Part shown: positions 44,833 to 56,147 of the stretch, piece after piece | Layout of the letters: each line of letters starts with the position of its first letter | Numbering within the stretch: the stretch's first letter is position 1 | NCBI GenBank assembly: GCA_040954595.2 | Contig: CM082584.2 | Span: 5,956,110-6,020,109 of the forward strand | Direction: 5' to 3' | DNA: 64,000 nt | Source of the DNA: Balanoglossus misakiensis | Lineage: Eukaryota > Animalia > Hemichordata | Program-made: the position numbers and the translations under genes | Notes under the pieces: generated by a model | Database searches by the model: none | Seen by the model: the letters and a program-made list of their open reading frames with translations, nothing else | What the model was told of the DNA's origin: nothing

Positions 44833-45981
44833 GATGCTCACACTCTACCAATATCGGTAACTGCCTGTTAATTTTTTTGCGAATACAAAGAGTCAACAAC
44901 AGTTTCATTTTGTGGCCATGTAAAGGAATTGTTTAGTTTATCTAGCAGACGCTGATTGGTGTACATGTATTGTAAAAACGAAAGAAGTATTAGACGACTC
45001 TGTACTTAATAACTAACTCAGCAAACGCATATATCAAAATGTATGATATTGTGCGTTGGCACCTCTGCAGATTGGACAGCTGACTCTTAAGCAAATATTA
45101 CAACCAGCCAATTAGTTTCTCATTTTCATTGTCGGGGCTGTATGCTCCATTAGACTTTTGAGGGTTTGGGCAAACAATACAACCCCCTGGTAAGATGTTG
45201 AGCGTTTTCGGAATTTATGTAATGTTCAATAATAGCACCCCACAGCAAAGAGATTCTGGCGCGCCATCTTAACGCAAAGTCTCTTCTGTTGGTACGGTCA
45301 CGCAAGAATTATGATTTGCACACGCTCATTAAATATCATTGTCTCTATAAATTACACTGACTGGAATTTGACAGCTTTAAATTGTTGCGATCATATCATC
45401 GATTTATTAACATATATACCATGTACAAAATTAGTTTAAGGCTGAATATTCGACGTAATCGGCATTTGGTTCCATTTACAGGAATCACGTCTTGCTTTTT
45501 TTTTACCCAGTCACATCACGCCTCACGAATCATACTGAAGTAAACGTGTACTCGATGAATAGTCAACATTACATATATTTCTCTGTGTAAAGTTCATATC
45601 ACCATTCAAGCTCTCTACCGTGAAATATCCCATAATTCAGTATGATGATTGATACACACGAAGATCAAGCATTGAAGTGCGATAACTCTCTGTGATGATG
45701 ATTTTATAGGGACTGTGACCTAACACGGCGCATAGAGCGCCCCCACGCAAAGAAATTTGAGTATGCATTTCAACTATATGTAAATTGTCCTATTAATCGG
45801 TAGCCCGGGCACGAAATGTGCCCTCTCTGTCTGAATTTACCATGCGTGGCATGTATTCACACTTCAACCAAACGTTGTTCTTATACAAGTAAAATTATAG
45901 TCACTACACGTCAATTCATTCCAAGTTCATCGTGTTTGAAATTGCGGCAAGCGCAGTTGTTGGAAGCATGATCGGTTCTGT

Positions 45982-46521
45982 TTAAGTTAATGCCGCTAAA
46001 GGCTGGATATGAAAAGGTGATTCAGCGAACAAGGAGCACGTTTTCAGCTCGTGTATATTTGATATTGCAAGTGCGGGGCGATCCAGCCGCAACTCCTGTC
46101 CAACAAACAGAACGTCTCTGACCCTCTGTGGTGAGGCTACTGGCTGTGGCTGATGTTCTCTGGACGCTGGTTCATCCACTTCATGATGTACGTTGCTTAT
46201 TCTTTTCCTGGTAGGGCGTGAAACGTCATGCCTCACAAGCTGTCTTCGTGCCTTGGGTTCTTTACGGGCGTACCCCATGTTAAGCAACGGCAGTGGGTTG
46301 CCATCGGTGGGTTCTCCGTCGACGAAATGCCGGTCACAGACACGCGTGTTTTGCGTAGCCTTGAACGGTGGCGCTCTCCTTATCAAATGGATCCACTGCT
46401 GTCTCAACCCCGGTTTTCTCGACGGTGCAGGAACTCTGAAGAACCTGTGATGTCCTGAAGATTTGCGTTTACTGTTGCTGTTACACCCGACAACGCAGCA
46501 GTGATAACCACTTTTGGGCAT
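45982..46521 (-). CDS. THAP domain-containing protein (possibly transposon-derived)
   Basis: N-terminal C2CH THAP signature: CCVVGC..FFRVP..RQQW....RR.....RVCDRHF......P.P; 179-aa single ORF with no DDE domain seen. Confidence 0.8.
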   Translation of the reverse strand: MPKSGYHCCVVGCNSNSKRKSSGHHRFFRVPAPSRKPGLRQQWIHLIRRAPPFKATQNTRVCDRHFVDGEPTDGNPLPLLNMGYARKEPKARRQLVRHDVSRPTRKRISNVHHEVDEPASREHQPQPVASPQRVRDVLFVGQELRLDRPALAISNIHELKTCSLFAESPFHIQPLAALT

Positions 46522-47640
46522 GGTTGTAAACTATATATCAAAAAGGGGAAAGGGCAACACAGGTCAGAAAATACACTGAAAGGAAGAAAAAAATCCGACA
46601 AAACACTTGGTCAGCTGCTGACGTCCGGTTTAGTACCGAAACGACCTGTTACCCGCACTTTTTTGTCTTTATAAATATTCTCAACAATTTTCTTTTGTTT
46701 GCTTTCTTTGAGCGAGTTTCTGATACTGAGCTGAGTTTCGAATTTGAGGCTGGGCTTCTGGTTTCGGTCCTCCACACACGCTACATAGAGAGACTCGGAA
46801 CAAAATTTTCGGAAATGTATTAATTATGAAATGAAACCAATAGACTTGGAGCAAGCCCAGCTTAATCCGTGAAACTGTAAACTGGACTAACGCAACGCAG
46901 AAAGCATATGTTACAGAAAGTACCAGCACTGCATATAACATTCATACACAACTTCATGTACAAGTACATGTACAAGTGATACACATCCTGTTGTTTGTTA
47001 TGCTAATTAGTGTCACACACGCCTGAAGAAAGTGTGAACCTGTGCTTTCGAAGTTCACAGCCAAGCTGTCAAAAGTCGAACTCGCTGTTGTTTAAAAAAA
47101 AATCACGAGAAGAAAAAAACAAAAGTGTTGAGGGAAAATGTGACGTGTTTTTGAACTTTTAGTCAAGTGATATAGAACGGGCTGTGAAAAGTGGACGCTC
47201 AAAGCCGAAGACTACTATCTAGAACGGAAAGAAAACAAAGGTACCATCGACAAAATGACTGAATCAACGTGTTCGAATGCAGAAACATGGCAAACTCAGA
47301 CATACACAAGAGTTAGAACAGGTTCGGACGAGCGAAAGTTGAAAGCATAGTGGTGTACAACTTACCTCCTGATGTGCAGCGCTCGACTATCTTTGGCTTT
47401 TAACTTTGAAAATCTTCAAGAAAAACGATTACAGACGACGATTGATACGACAGACGAGAACTACAAGAAGGTATGGCGAGCGTAAGCGTTGGCGATGTGA
47501 TGTTGACGAGGGAAGGTGAACATCACAAGTGGCGTCTTCCGCGAGTGCCCCTCCAGTTTATAGCCTTGAGCTATCCCACAACCCACCGCGTTTCCAAGAT
47601 GGCGGAAAAGACAAACCTCGCCTGTCATTCTTTTGTTAGA

Positions 47641-47733
47641 ATTGTTACTGTGAATTGTTTACTAGTATATCTGATAGGACTTCAGTTGTTATTGTTACTG
47701 TGAATTGTTTATATCTGATAGGGCTTCAGTTGT
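47641..47733. repeat. Imperfect tandem duplication of ~45-50 bp
   Basis: attgttactgtgaattgttta...tatctgatagg.cttcagttgt occurs twice in tandem. Confidence 0.75.
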
Positions 47734-48505
47734 AAACAATAGTTGTTTTTGAACAATAGAACAAAAGATCTGGTACTTTCTACACATTTGTTGTATACCG
47801 TAGTAAATACTGGAATATATACCTTCATGTAAAAATGGAGTCCAGTTTTCACGGTATCCTTTGGCTGTACTCGCAATAAAGTCGCCTGACTGTAACTTCA
47901 CAAATTGATGTTCCCGTTGCCGTTTCTCAACTCCCACGCACGTCACTCAACACGTGTCCGTTCAGTCGTTTCCCATAATTTATAACGTGTCCAGACCGCC
48001 ATTATGTCTGTTTCAATAGACTGATAAATCAATCAATTGACTGAAAATGCAGACTCTGAAATGTTTTTGTTGTTGAGGAAAGTCTTGCCTTAGGGACACT
48101 ATACATGTATATAGTGGAGCAAGTCTGAAACAAAACGTGATGAGAACATGCGTACGATGGGGAAGATGAGGGCGTATTTTGCTGCAGCCAAACTGTCTGT
48201 CCTTTGAGGGCGTGATCAAATGACGTCAACTCTGTCCCCCCGTACCCGAATATTTGGTCGATAATATATTTTTATTACATACCCGAGCTACCGACACTAT
48301 TTTTTCGCTAAAGCGTTACTCATGGACCTATTTATTGAAATGACATATGCATGTTCATATGCATTTTCATAATACTCGAATGAGTGAACGAGCCATAAAC
48401 TGCCACCGGTCGCGTGATGTCAGAATAACAGCATTTTGGATGTAAAACTAAACAGGAAAGAAACTATGGTTGTAAACTTATGAACGAATAGCACGGAACC
48501 GAGCT

Positions 48506-48577
48506 GGGGATGTAGCTCAGTGGTAGAGCGCTTGCTTCGCATGCCAGAGGCCCCGAGTTCGAATCTCGGCATCTCCA
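48506..48577 (+). tRNA. tRNA-Ala (anticodon CGC)
   Basis: GGGGATG TA GCTC AGTGGTA GAGC G CTTGC TTCGCAT GCCAG AGGCC CCGAG TTCGAAT CTCGG CATCTCC A; G3:U70 Ala identity pair, intact A and B boxes, oligo-T terminator immediately downstream. Confidence 0.95.
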
Positions 48578-48965
48578 TATTTTTTATTTGGTCAAACTCA
48601 AACTACCTAGCCACACTTGCTTGCTGAAGCGAGATGGGAGATCTTGAACTGAAACTATGATAATACAGTTGCTGACCTTTTATGTCAGCAAGAATCCGTC
48701 GCGGTATTTCCCCAATGTGATCAATTCGGTGAATCTTCCCCTATCATTAGCATGTTTTTCTGTTGTAAAAGCGGAGTTTTGTTTTTATTTGATTCACTGT
48801 ATTCAATGGTTGACATGACTGCTTTCACAGATTCAGCGAAAGATGGGTTCGATCATGATATCAACTCATGCTGTGGTTGACTTGAGGTCGCCTGTCAGGC
48901 GCATGCGCATGTCCCCTCGAACGACTTTCGTTTCATCGTGTGGTACATGGTACCAAGAACTCCTC

Positions 48966-51900
48966 GGAAATCCCCGTCCATTCTATTGTATGACAAACAG
49001 ATCGGTTCTGTGTATGTAATTTCTTTTTGTAGCTAGCTGTTGCTGCGTAAGGCGTATTAATAGACGTTGACTCCTGAGAATCTGATGACATGACATTTAT
49101 AAGCAATCGAAAATAAACCGGACGATGCACTTCACAATCCCCGCCGGGCCAAAATGACTCCTGATTGGTTGCCGCTGCAAAGGGGTTTACCGTTGCGCGC
49201 TTGGCTGTATCGAGCATTGGACCAATCGGGTGGTTTCGCTGGAAACGAAAGTGCACCGGTGCTGTATATGAACGCGCGAGCATACGGACTCCGCACAGTC
49301 AGACGGAGATAGGACTGGACGACAGACACTGAAGAAAAACCAAGAATGACTGACCAAGCCGTGCAAGAAAGAATGACATCAGCTGTTGTCGGAGCAGTTG
49401 TGGCCGATAGCGCTGGTGAGTATAACGCTGCTACTGCCATCATGTCATTCAAATTTTACATAACTACACTACATTTGTATAAATTTTTTGAGCAGAAGTA
49501 TATTCCAATGTATTATGTAACCATGGCAACAGTACGTTGGCACATTCGAAGTACATGTATATATTTTGAGCTAGACGTGTAAGAATTATTTTAACGAGAG
49601 AACTCTGTCGTTGCATTGATGGACTCAGTATTAAAATGTGTGCGAAACGAAACTGACACGGATGATCAGAGTTCGACCTTTGACCCATCCAAGTCGCGCG
49701 TTGACCTGTAATCTGTCCTCGTGCAAGGTCACCGCCGAGGAAACACAGCTATGCAAGTCACTTTGTGTGCAGTCAAACCAATAAAGCCGATCCGGCCAGA
49801 GAAAAACAGACTGCCTGTAAATTAGGTCGCGTTCTTACCTGCGTAGTATGGAACTGACTCAGCAAAATGCAATACTTCTTTAAATATATATATATATATT
49901 TTAAATGGGATTGCGTGGATAATAAAGTATAATGTTATTCAAATTAATACCGATATTATTCGTGTCATTATAATCAGAACTCTTAGACTGAAATTGCACG
50001 ATTGCTCTCTCAGTTGCTTTTCCGCATTGCTGTCGACGTCTGTATAAAAGCTGGTGAGTTCATTGACCTTATGTGCTGCCGTAGTCTAGAACCGAGCCTT
50101 TTGCGATTTTTCGCTTTTTACTTACTGTGAGTGGGCGAAAGCGAAGATACCCGAAGGCTATAAGTTCTAGACGAATGCTACCGAGACGTTCTCTCTGACG
50201 CATCGGCGATCTTGTTTCTCATGAAATGGTTTATACGTCGCTGGACGGTAAAAAAAACCAAGAAGGGACAGTTCAGTGTGTAATGATTTACGTCATCACC
50301 ATATCAGTACTATATATATCGCGCACTTTCGTTTTCACTTTCGTCAAACGTGAACAAACAATAAATCTATCTCTCATTATGCTAATTAGGTGTTGTGGGT
50401 AAAATAAAATTAAATGCGAATACATCGGCAGGTGGAAGCACCGTATTTGTCATGAGCGCACATGAAAGGATTGTACACGAAATTGAATGCATACATACAT
50501 AAATACACACATACATATGGATGAAAGGCGAGGGAAAATGCTGACTCGGCAGTTTTCTTCGGAACCTTCAAGGACGGCTGACTTAGCGGATTTCCCCAGG
50601 GAAATGTCCAAGTTTCACTCTAAACCTGATGACAGCAATTTATTTAGTCAGAGAGACCAGTCTAAGGAAATTGTGACATTTTTAATTTTTTTTTAGTTTG
50701 CATTGGTATTTCGGGTTAAAAACCTTACTTGCCTGGTCACGGTGAACTATAACTCAAAGTTTCTCTTTGTGGTGTCGCAATATTGTAACTAAAATTACAG
50801 CACATTTGAATTTCATTTCAGCGCAGTTCAAATTAAACTTTGTGTTCAGCCTTTGGCTTTCAATTATCACCTGTGACGTTACGCAAAACGTCGTTTACCA
50901 TAAGTTCGCGAGTCATGTTTTCCAAGTATATGAAATGAAAACATGTTGTATTGTCTTTCTGTTTCGATAATAATTTCCCTTTCAATATGATACAAATGGA
51001 ATTTCCCCCCGAGTCAATTTCTATAGCATCTGGCCGGCAAATTGTTGTGGCGCTACGCGAACGCGAGGGTTTCCGCAGCGGCTGTAAATTCAATGTCACG
51101 AGCATTCTTGACAGCGCTATTTAAATTTGCATCTCTCTTTGACACCATTATCGGTCTATTATCGCAATATGTAAACACACACTTGACCTCTTCGTAGAAA
51201 ACATGACGAAATCGCCTGTTTTATTTCAGACGAACAGAGTTACACCTGAGTATGCTAAATTTCAAAACCGAAAATATGCGGGGTGATCTTTCTGTTTCGA
51301 ACTCAAATTCTCGTTCAATGTGTAACTGCAGTGTATCCTTTGTTGTTTTAAAGGGCATTCCCCTCCTCGATTATTTCAGAAGTTAGGCACATTTATCTCA
51401 TTGGGTACTTCCCCAACACATTGTTTCCACTAATAGCATTACTAACCAAAAAATGTATAAGTGATTTCCAAATAATCCGCTCCTTGCGATATGACTAAAC
51501 GGCAGCAAACAGCGATGACATCACTTCAGTAGTTTCACTTTCGATTCACGTGTCGCGGTAGATAACGTGGCCAGATCGCCCCTTTCCTTTGCCATTCCGC
51601 CATCAGCAGCAGAAAGATGAAGTCAGAGAGGCGAACACTGGCTTATATTGTCCTCGTCCCCATTTCCCTGGCCTACCTGGGTCTCCTGGTCTGCTTTTAC
51701 CCCTCCCGATACCCTTCGGAGTACGAAATAAGCGAGGCGGCCAAGCGTCGAGCTCAAGCCGCGGTCCTCGGCGCAGTTGTCGCTGACGCAGCTTGTAAGT
51801 AGCCGCCGAGTACCTACACGGCGTCACACCGGTCAAGATCGGAAAGCCTCGTGCATGACTTGGGGGTTTAGTCACAGGCTGTCATCCCCGTCATACAATT

Positions 51901-52043
51901 ATGTTCTACGTTAGCACCGATGCCACTATAGGATTAATACATTCAACGCCTGTTTTTGTGGTAGTGACCATTCATTACGGCTTACAGATACCTGCCACGA
52001 GTAATTCTATATGAACTTATCGGTCTGCAGCCGGAAAAATCCC
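48966..52043. promoter_or_regulatory. Cluster of IRF/ISRE and NF-kB motifs plus CCAAT boxes around the two SelJ-like first exons
   Basis: IRF-type: 49242-49253 GAAACGAAAGTG, 49644-49654 GAAACGAAACT, 50324-50343 CACTTTCGTTTTCACTTTCG, 51531-51542 AGTTTCACTTTC. kB-type: 48966-48975 GGAAATCCCC, 50588-50597 GGATTTCCCC, 50998-51007 GGAATTTCCC, ~52033-52043 GGAAAAATCCC. CCAAT/ATTGG boxes at ~49164-49226. Confidence 0.55.
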
Positions 52044-54655
52044 TGTTCATTTCCACGATGTCCATATCGCGTTGACGTGTACTTATCATTTTCATACTTT
52101 CAGAGCAGAAAAAATGTTGACCGTACTTAGGCCCTGCAGTCTATTCTCGCCACTTCTTGTTTTACATGTACTATATTACAGCAGTTCCAGCATCTCATTG
52201 ATTGATTCGATGGTGTCACCTGACATTTTTAACTTGAGCATATGCATGTAGGAGAAATAAAGATGAAATACTTAATAGTAGTATAACATTTTTGTGGGCG
52301 TTTTTCTTTGTAGCTGTTCCATTGCACTGGATCTACGATGTTAGAGAACTCGACAAAGTGCTTGACGGTTGCACCAACCCCGAATTCAGAGATCCGTCCG
52401 CCAGTCCATTCTATGATATCCCCACCGGAAGTAGCAGTCTCTATGGCGACCAAACCCTCGCCATGTTGGAGTCCCTGGTAGAATCCAACGGTAGGTGAAT
52501 CTCTGCATTTTCAAATTGGCGAATTTCAGCACCTTTTCCCGCCACTCGTGAACCTTGAACCCAATTCGAATATGACCATTGCAGTGAACTTTTGAAATTA
52601 TCATTGAACGCAAAAACAATATTCTGTTTTGTGTGTGTGACAAAGGCTTGGACACAAACGACTACGCCGAACGTCTCTACAAGCAGTTTGGACCAAATAC
52701 AGAATACGACAACCCGGAAAATGCTAAGCATCGCACACCGGCCGAGGACGACATGAAATTGCCGCTGAAGGGACCATGGAAACCGCAGGTTATCAAACAC
52801 TTCGAGGCGAACTGGGTGCAGAAGAAAGAAGTGACAGGTGAGAATCTCCCACAATGCACCTGTAGGTAGGCCTGCATGCTTAGGTTTTCGTTGCTGCCCT
52901 CATAACGCAATGCAAATAAGTCTTGTACTTCACACCTATCAGACTGAGTGAAAAATGGCAAATGAACATGTTGAAAAGTGATATCATGTGACAAACGAAC
53001 ACATTTTGACACAACCACGCAGGGACGTGCAAACGGATACTGACGGTTGATACATGTACGTAGGCCTTAGATTTATCTTTGTAAAATTTGTTGAATTCAA
53101 AACAGGATCTGAGGTGAAAAAGGACATGCACGCCGTTTGCATCGTACCACCGCTCGTTGCCAAGTATGCAGGTGACCCTGAACTCCTGGCAAAGGTCAAG
53201 TTGGCCATTGAAGTCACCACAGTCAACCAAGAAGCTGTCGCAGTTGGTATGACAGCTGCCAGGTGAGTGCTTACAAGTCACATCTTACTTCAGATTTGCG
53301 CGTGCAGCTCCATGCTATGCATTGTTTCTTGAAAGAGAGAGGGGAGAGAGGGGGCGAGGAGAGGGGGGGCAGACAGATGGAGAGGGAGACAGAGAGACAA
53401 ACAAACAAACAAACAAACGAACAAACAAGCAAACAAACAAACAAACGGAGAAAAGAGAGACAGTAACATTTTCCTCGTTTCATCCAAACTATATAGCTTA
53501 CTTTCTGTAAGGAAAACAAGAGACATGCTTGCCATTAAAATCCTGCAAGAAAAGCTAAATAATCTAATAAATCGTTTACATTTTAGGTTATTGGAACATT
53601 ACGTCTTACATGGCCCAGACGACAAAGCAGTGGACAAAGTGATCGCAGACTTGAAAAGTGCTGACAGACGACATCCACATGACAAAGATGGCGTCCTCGC
53701 AGACGAACTACAAAAAGTGATGCAAGCCAAGAGCAAGTCCAACAGGGAAGCTACAAACGAATTTGGACTGAGTTGTGGTAAGCAACTTCGTTATTCCGTA
53801 GAAAAGTCACGGTCATTTATTGTTTCCTGACATGTCAAATTAAAAAAAAAAAACAGAAAATGAAAGTTCAACTAGTATTTCTTTGAATATGTACATTTCC
53901 AGTACGGGGCTCCTGGTTGAACGGGATATTAACTTATGAGTATGTCCCCATAACCAGAGGTACATATCCTAGGTGAGATCTAAACGACCAGTGATAATGT
54001 TCCAAAGCGATGGCGGTCTTGGAGATCCCAAATCGTGTTGCAGGACCCGTATATGACCAGAGAGTTTCACACAAGTGCGTACATGTACTCTAAACTCGTC
54101 CTTTTATTACTTCGCAGAGGTTCCCGGTGCCTTCCAGGCAGCTGTCCATGCAGTGGTGACCAACCCCGACTACACATCTTCAGTTCGTGCTACCTTGTAT
54201 GCTGGCGGCGACTGTGTCGGCCGGGCTGGTTTTATCGGTGCATGCAGTGCAGCACAGGTAAGTGCGCCCTCAACGTAAAACACAACACCCCAAGTGAACA
54301 GTGAAAAAAAATTCACTAGTCGTCCAGTGCGTTCTTTTTCATTTACATCTCATATCGTTTTCAACATTTTTTGGTATTTTTTACTATAATTAATAACACA
54401 TATCATCGATAGGTACCTCGAGACAGACACATTAACTTGATCAATGATTCGATAGCAGGATAATGCTTGTATTTGAGGTCCACTTGTAGGTGTCAACCAC
54501 TGAGGATAGAAATAGCAATGCTGATCTAATGAAATTTCTTAATTCGTTATTTGTGTTGGTTACAGAAAGGACTGCAAGCAATTCCTGAAGACTGGACAAA
54601 GAAGACGTTCAAGTACGCCAGAGCCTTGGACTTGGCAAAGCGTCTGGTCAAGTAA
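49346..54655 (+). CDS. selenoj: Selenoprotein J / crystallin J1-like ADP-ribosylglycohydrolase family protein (Cys homolog), soluble isoform
   Basis: Exons 49346-49415 (MTDQAVQERMTSAVVGAVVADSA), 52314-52490 (PLHWIYD..PEF...SASPFY....G....YGDQ), 52646-52837 (FGPNTEYD..LPLKGPW), 53106-53262, 53587-53777, 54118-54257 (VPGAFQAAVH..GGDCVGRAGFIGAC), 54566-54655 (IPEDW..TAA). All GT-AG and in phase; motifs are colinear with fish SelJ as I recall it. Confidence 0.92.
51617..51794 (+). CDS. Alternative first coding exon of the SelJ-like gene with an N-terminal signal-anchor helix
   Basis: MKSERR-TLAYIVLVPISLAYLGLLVCFY-PSRYPSEYEISEAAKRRAQAAVLGAVVADAA then T|gtaagt; phase 1, joins exon 52314 in frame, homologous to exon 49346-49415. 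Confidence 0.85.
53336..53446. repeat. GA-rich and (AAAC)n microsatellite in an intron
   Basis: gagagaggggagagag...acaaacaaacaaacaaac. Confidence 0.85.
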
Positions 54656-56147
54656 TCACCTCATGATTTCTACGGCGAAGGCAATCACAGATGATAGTAG
54701 AAGTATGATAAAAAGTGTTTGAGGCACGATTTCAGAACCTTAAAATTAAACAAAAAATTGACACGTTTCAGTTTTATGGCTCGTAGGTTTTTTCACCCTT
54801 TTTTACCGTTTTCGTGTTTATAACTGCGCAAATGTGTAAGCTCTGATGACAGCACCCTGTAAAATGCAAGTACGTATTGCAACCACTACAGATATTTTAG
54901 ACATTAAAACCAACCCCAATGATGGCTGCTGTGTATCAAAATCAACACGTCCGATCTGAACAATCTCTTAACACTTATCATTATCCCTGGTAAAATTGAT
55001 ATTGTTTAAGCCCTCCATGTCGATTTTATTCGACGTTATCAGTCGCTGCATTCATAGCTATTTGTGCTGCGTTCAACTTCTGTCAGGTTGCCAAATAAAC
55101 AATTCAGTCGATTGTATGTACAAAGGTCACGAGTTAGCCTCTTCGTCCCACGTAAACGTTTTTTAATTGTCCCCAAGAGCATGAAGTGAGAACAGGCTTA
55201 ATACTGTTTTATTTTCGTTCACTTGCAGATCGAAAACATTATTGGTTTCGAGACTTTAGTTAAAATCGTCTTAAATTCAGTACATGTACTTTAGATGAAA
55301 GGAAGCAGTCACGATCTGAATTGAAAATCGAAAAATTCAGTGGTTTCTGACGCGGAAAACAGTGTTTGCCTTTTTCAGACGAGGTGTTTGTCATGAGGTT
55401 ATATGGGGTTTCTCTGTGTGGTTGTGTTTTCAACTTTTCTCGTACAGAACTCTAAATTTTATGTAAATATTACATCTTATTATTCAATGCAATGAAAAAA
55501 ATGTGTTTCTATGTCATATTATTATCTGCCGAAATTGACGAGAATGGAAGCCCGGCGACCTGGTATTACATTATGGTACAGGATTTACCGAAGCAATATC
55601 ATGACTAACTAAGACAAAAACGGGCAAAATGGAATAGTAGGAGAGTAGCCTTGTCCTTTTGGATACTACTTTTTTTTAAACTTTTGCAGCCACTAATATG
55701 ATCACGACGAAAATCCCAGTGTTCAGATTATCAAAAATGCTCGATGTTTTTACTGTGTGAGGTTTAGTCAAGCTCCGGATTTCCGAATACGTTGCCCCGC
55801 AATTCCTTCTATACACTAGTTTTGTTGACAAGCAGAATGACAGAAAATGTAAACATGGTGTAGAGCAGAGCAAGAATCTGTAATCGATTACGTGGCTCAA
55901 TAAAAAGCAAAGTGTAATTTGATTAAATGTTTTACGTATTTTGATTTATCGGTTTTATTTTAATTTTGTACATGTATTGGCTACACACCTACTTGCTGTA
56001 TGTATTTGGTTTTACCAAAAGAAAAAAATAAACATTTGTGAAACATGTACAATGTATATAAACGTAGTGTTTTCTGTCACACAGGCTTTGTATTGAGCTG
56101 TTGCATTTGATTGTGACATACAAATGTATTTTAATTTGTCTGTAAAC

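Noticed and set aside
49346-49582. Exon 1a as a separate truncated pseudogene or stand-alone 78-aa ORF
   Set aside because: Homology stops exactly at a strong phase-1 donor, there are promoter-like elements upstream, and it joins exon 52314 in frame; an alternative first exon is more parsimonious, though unproven.
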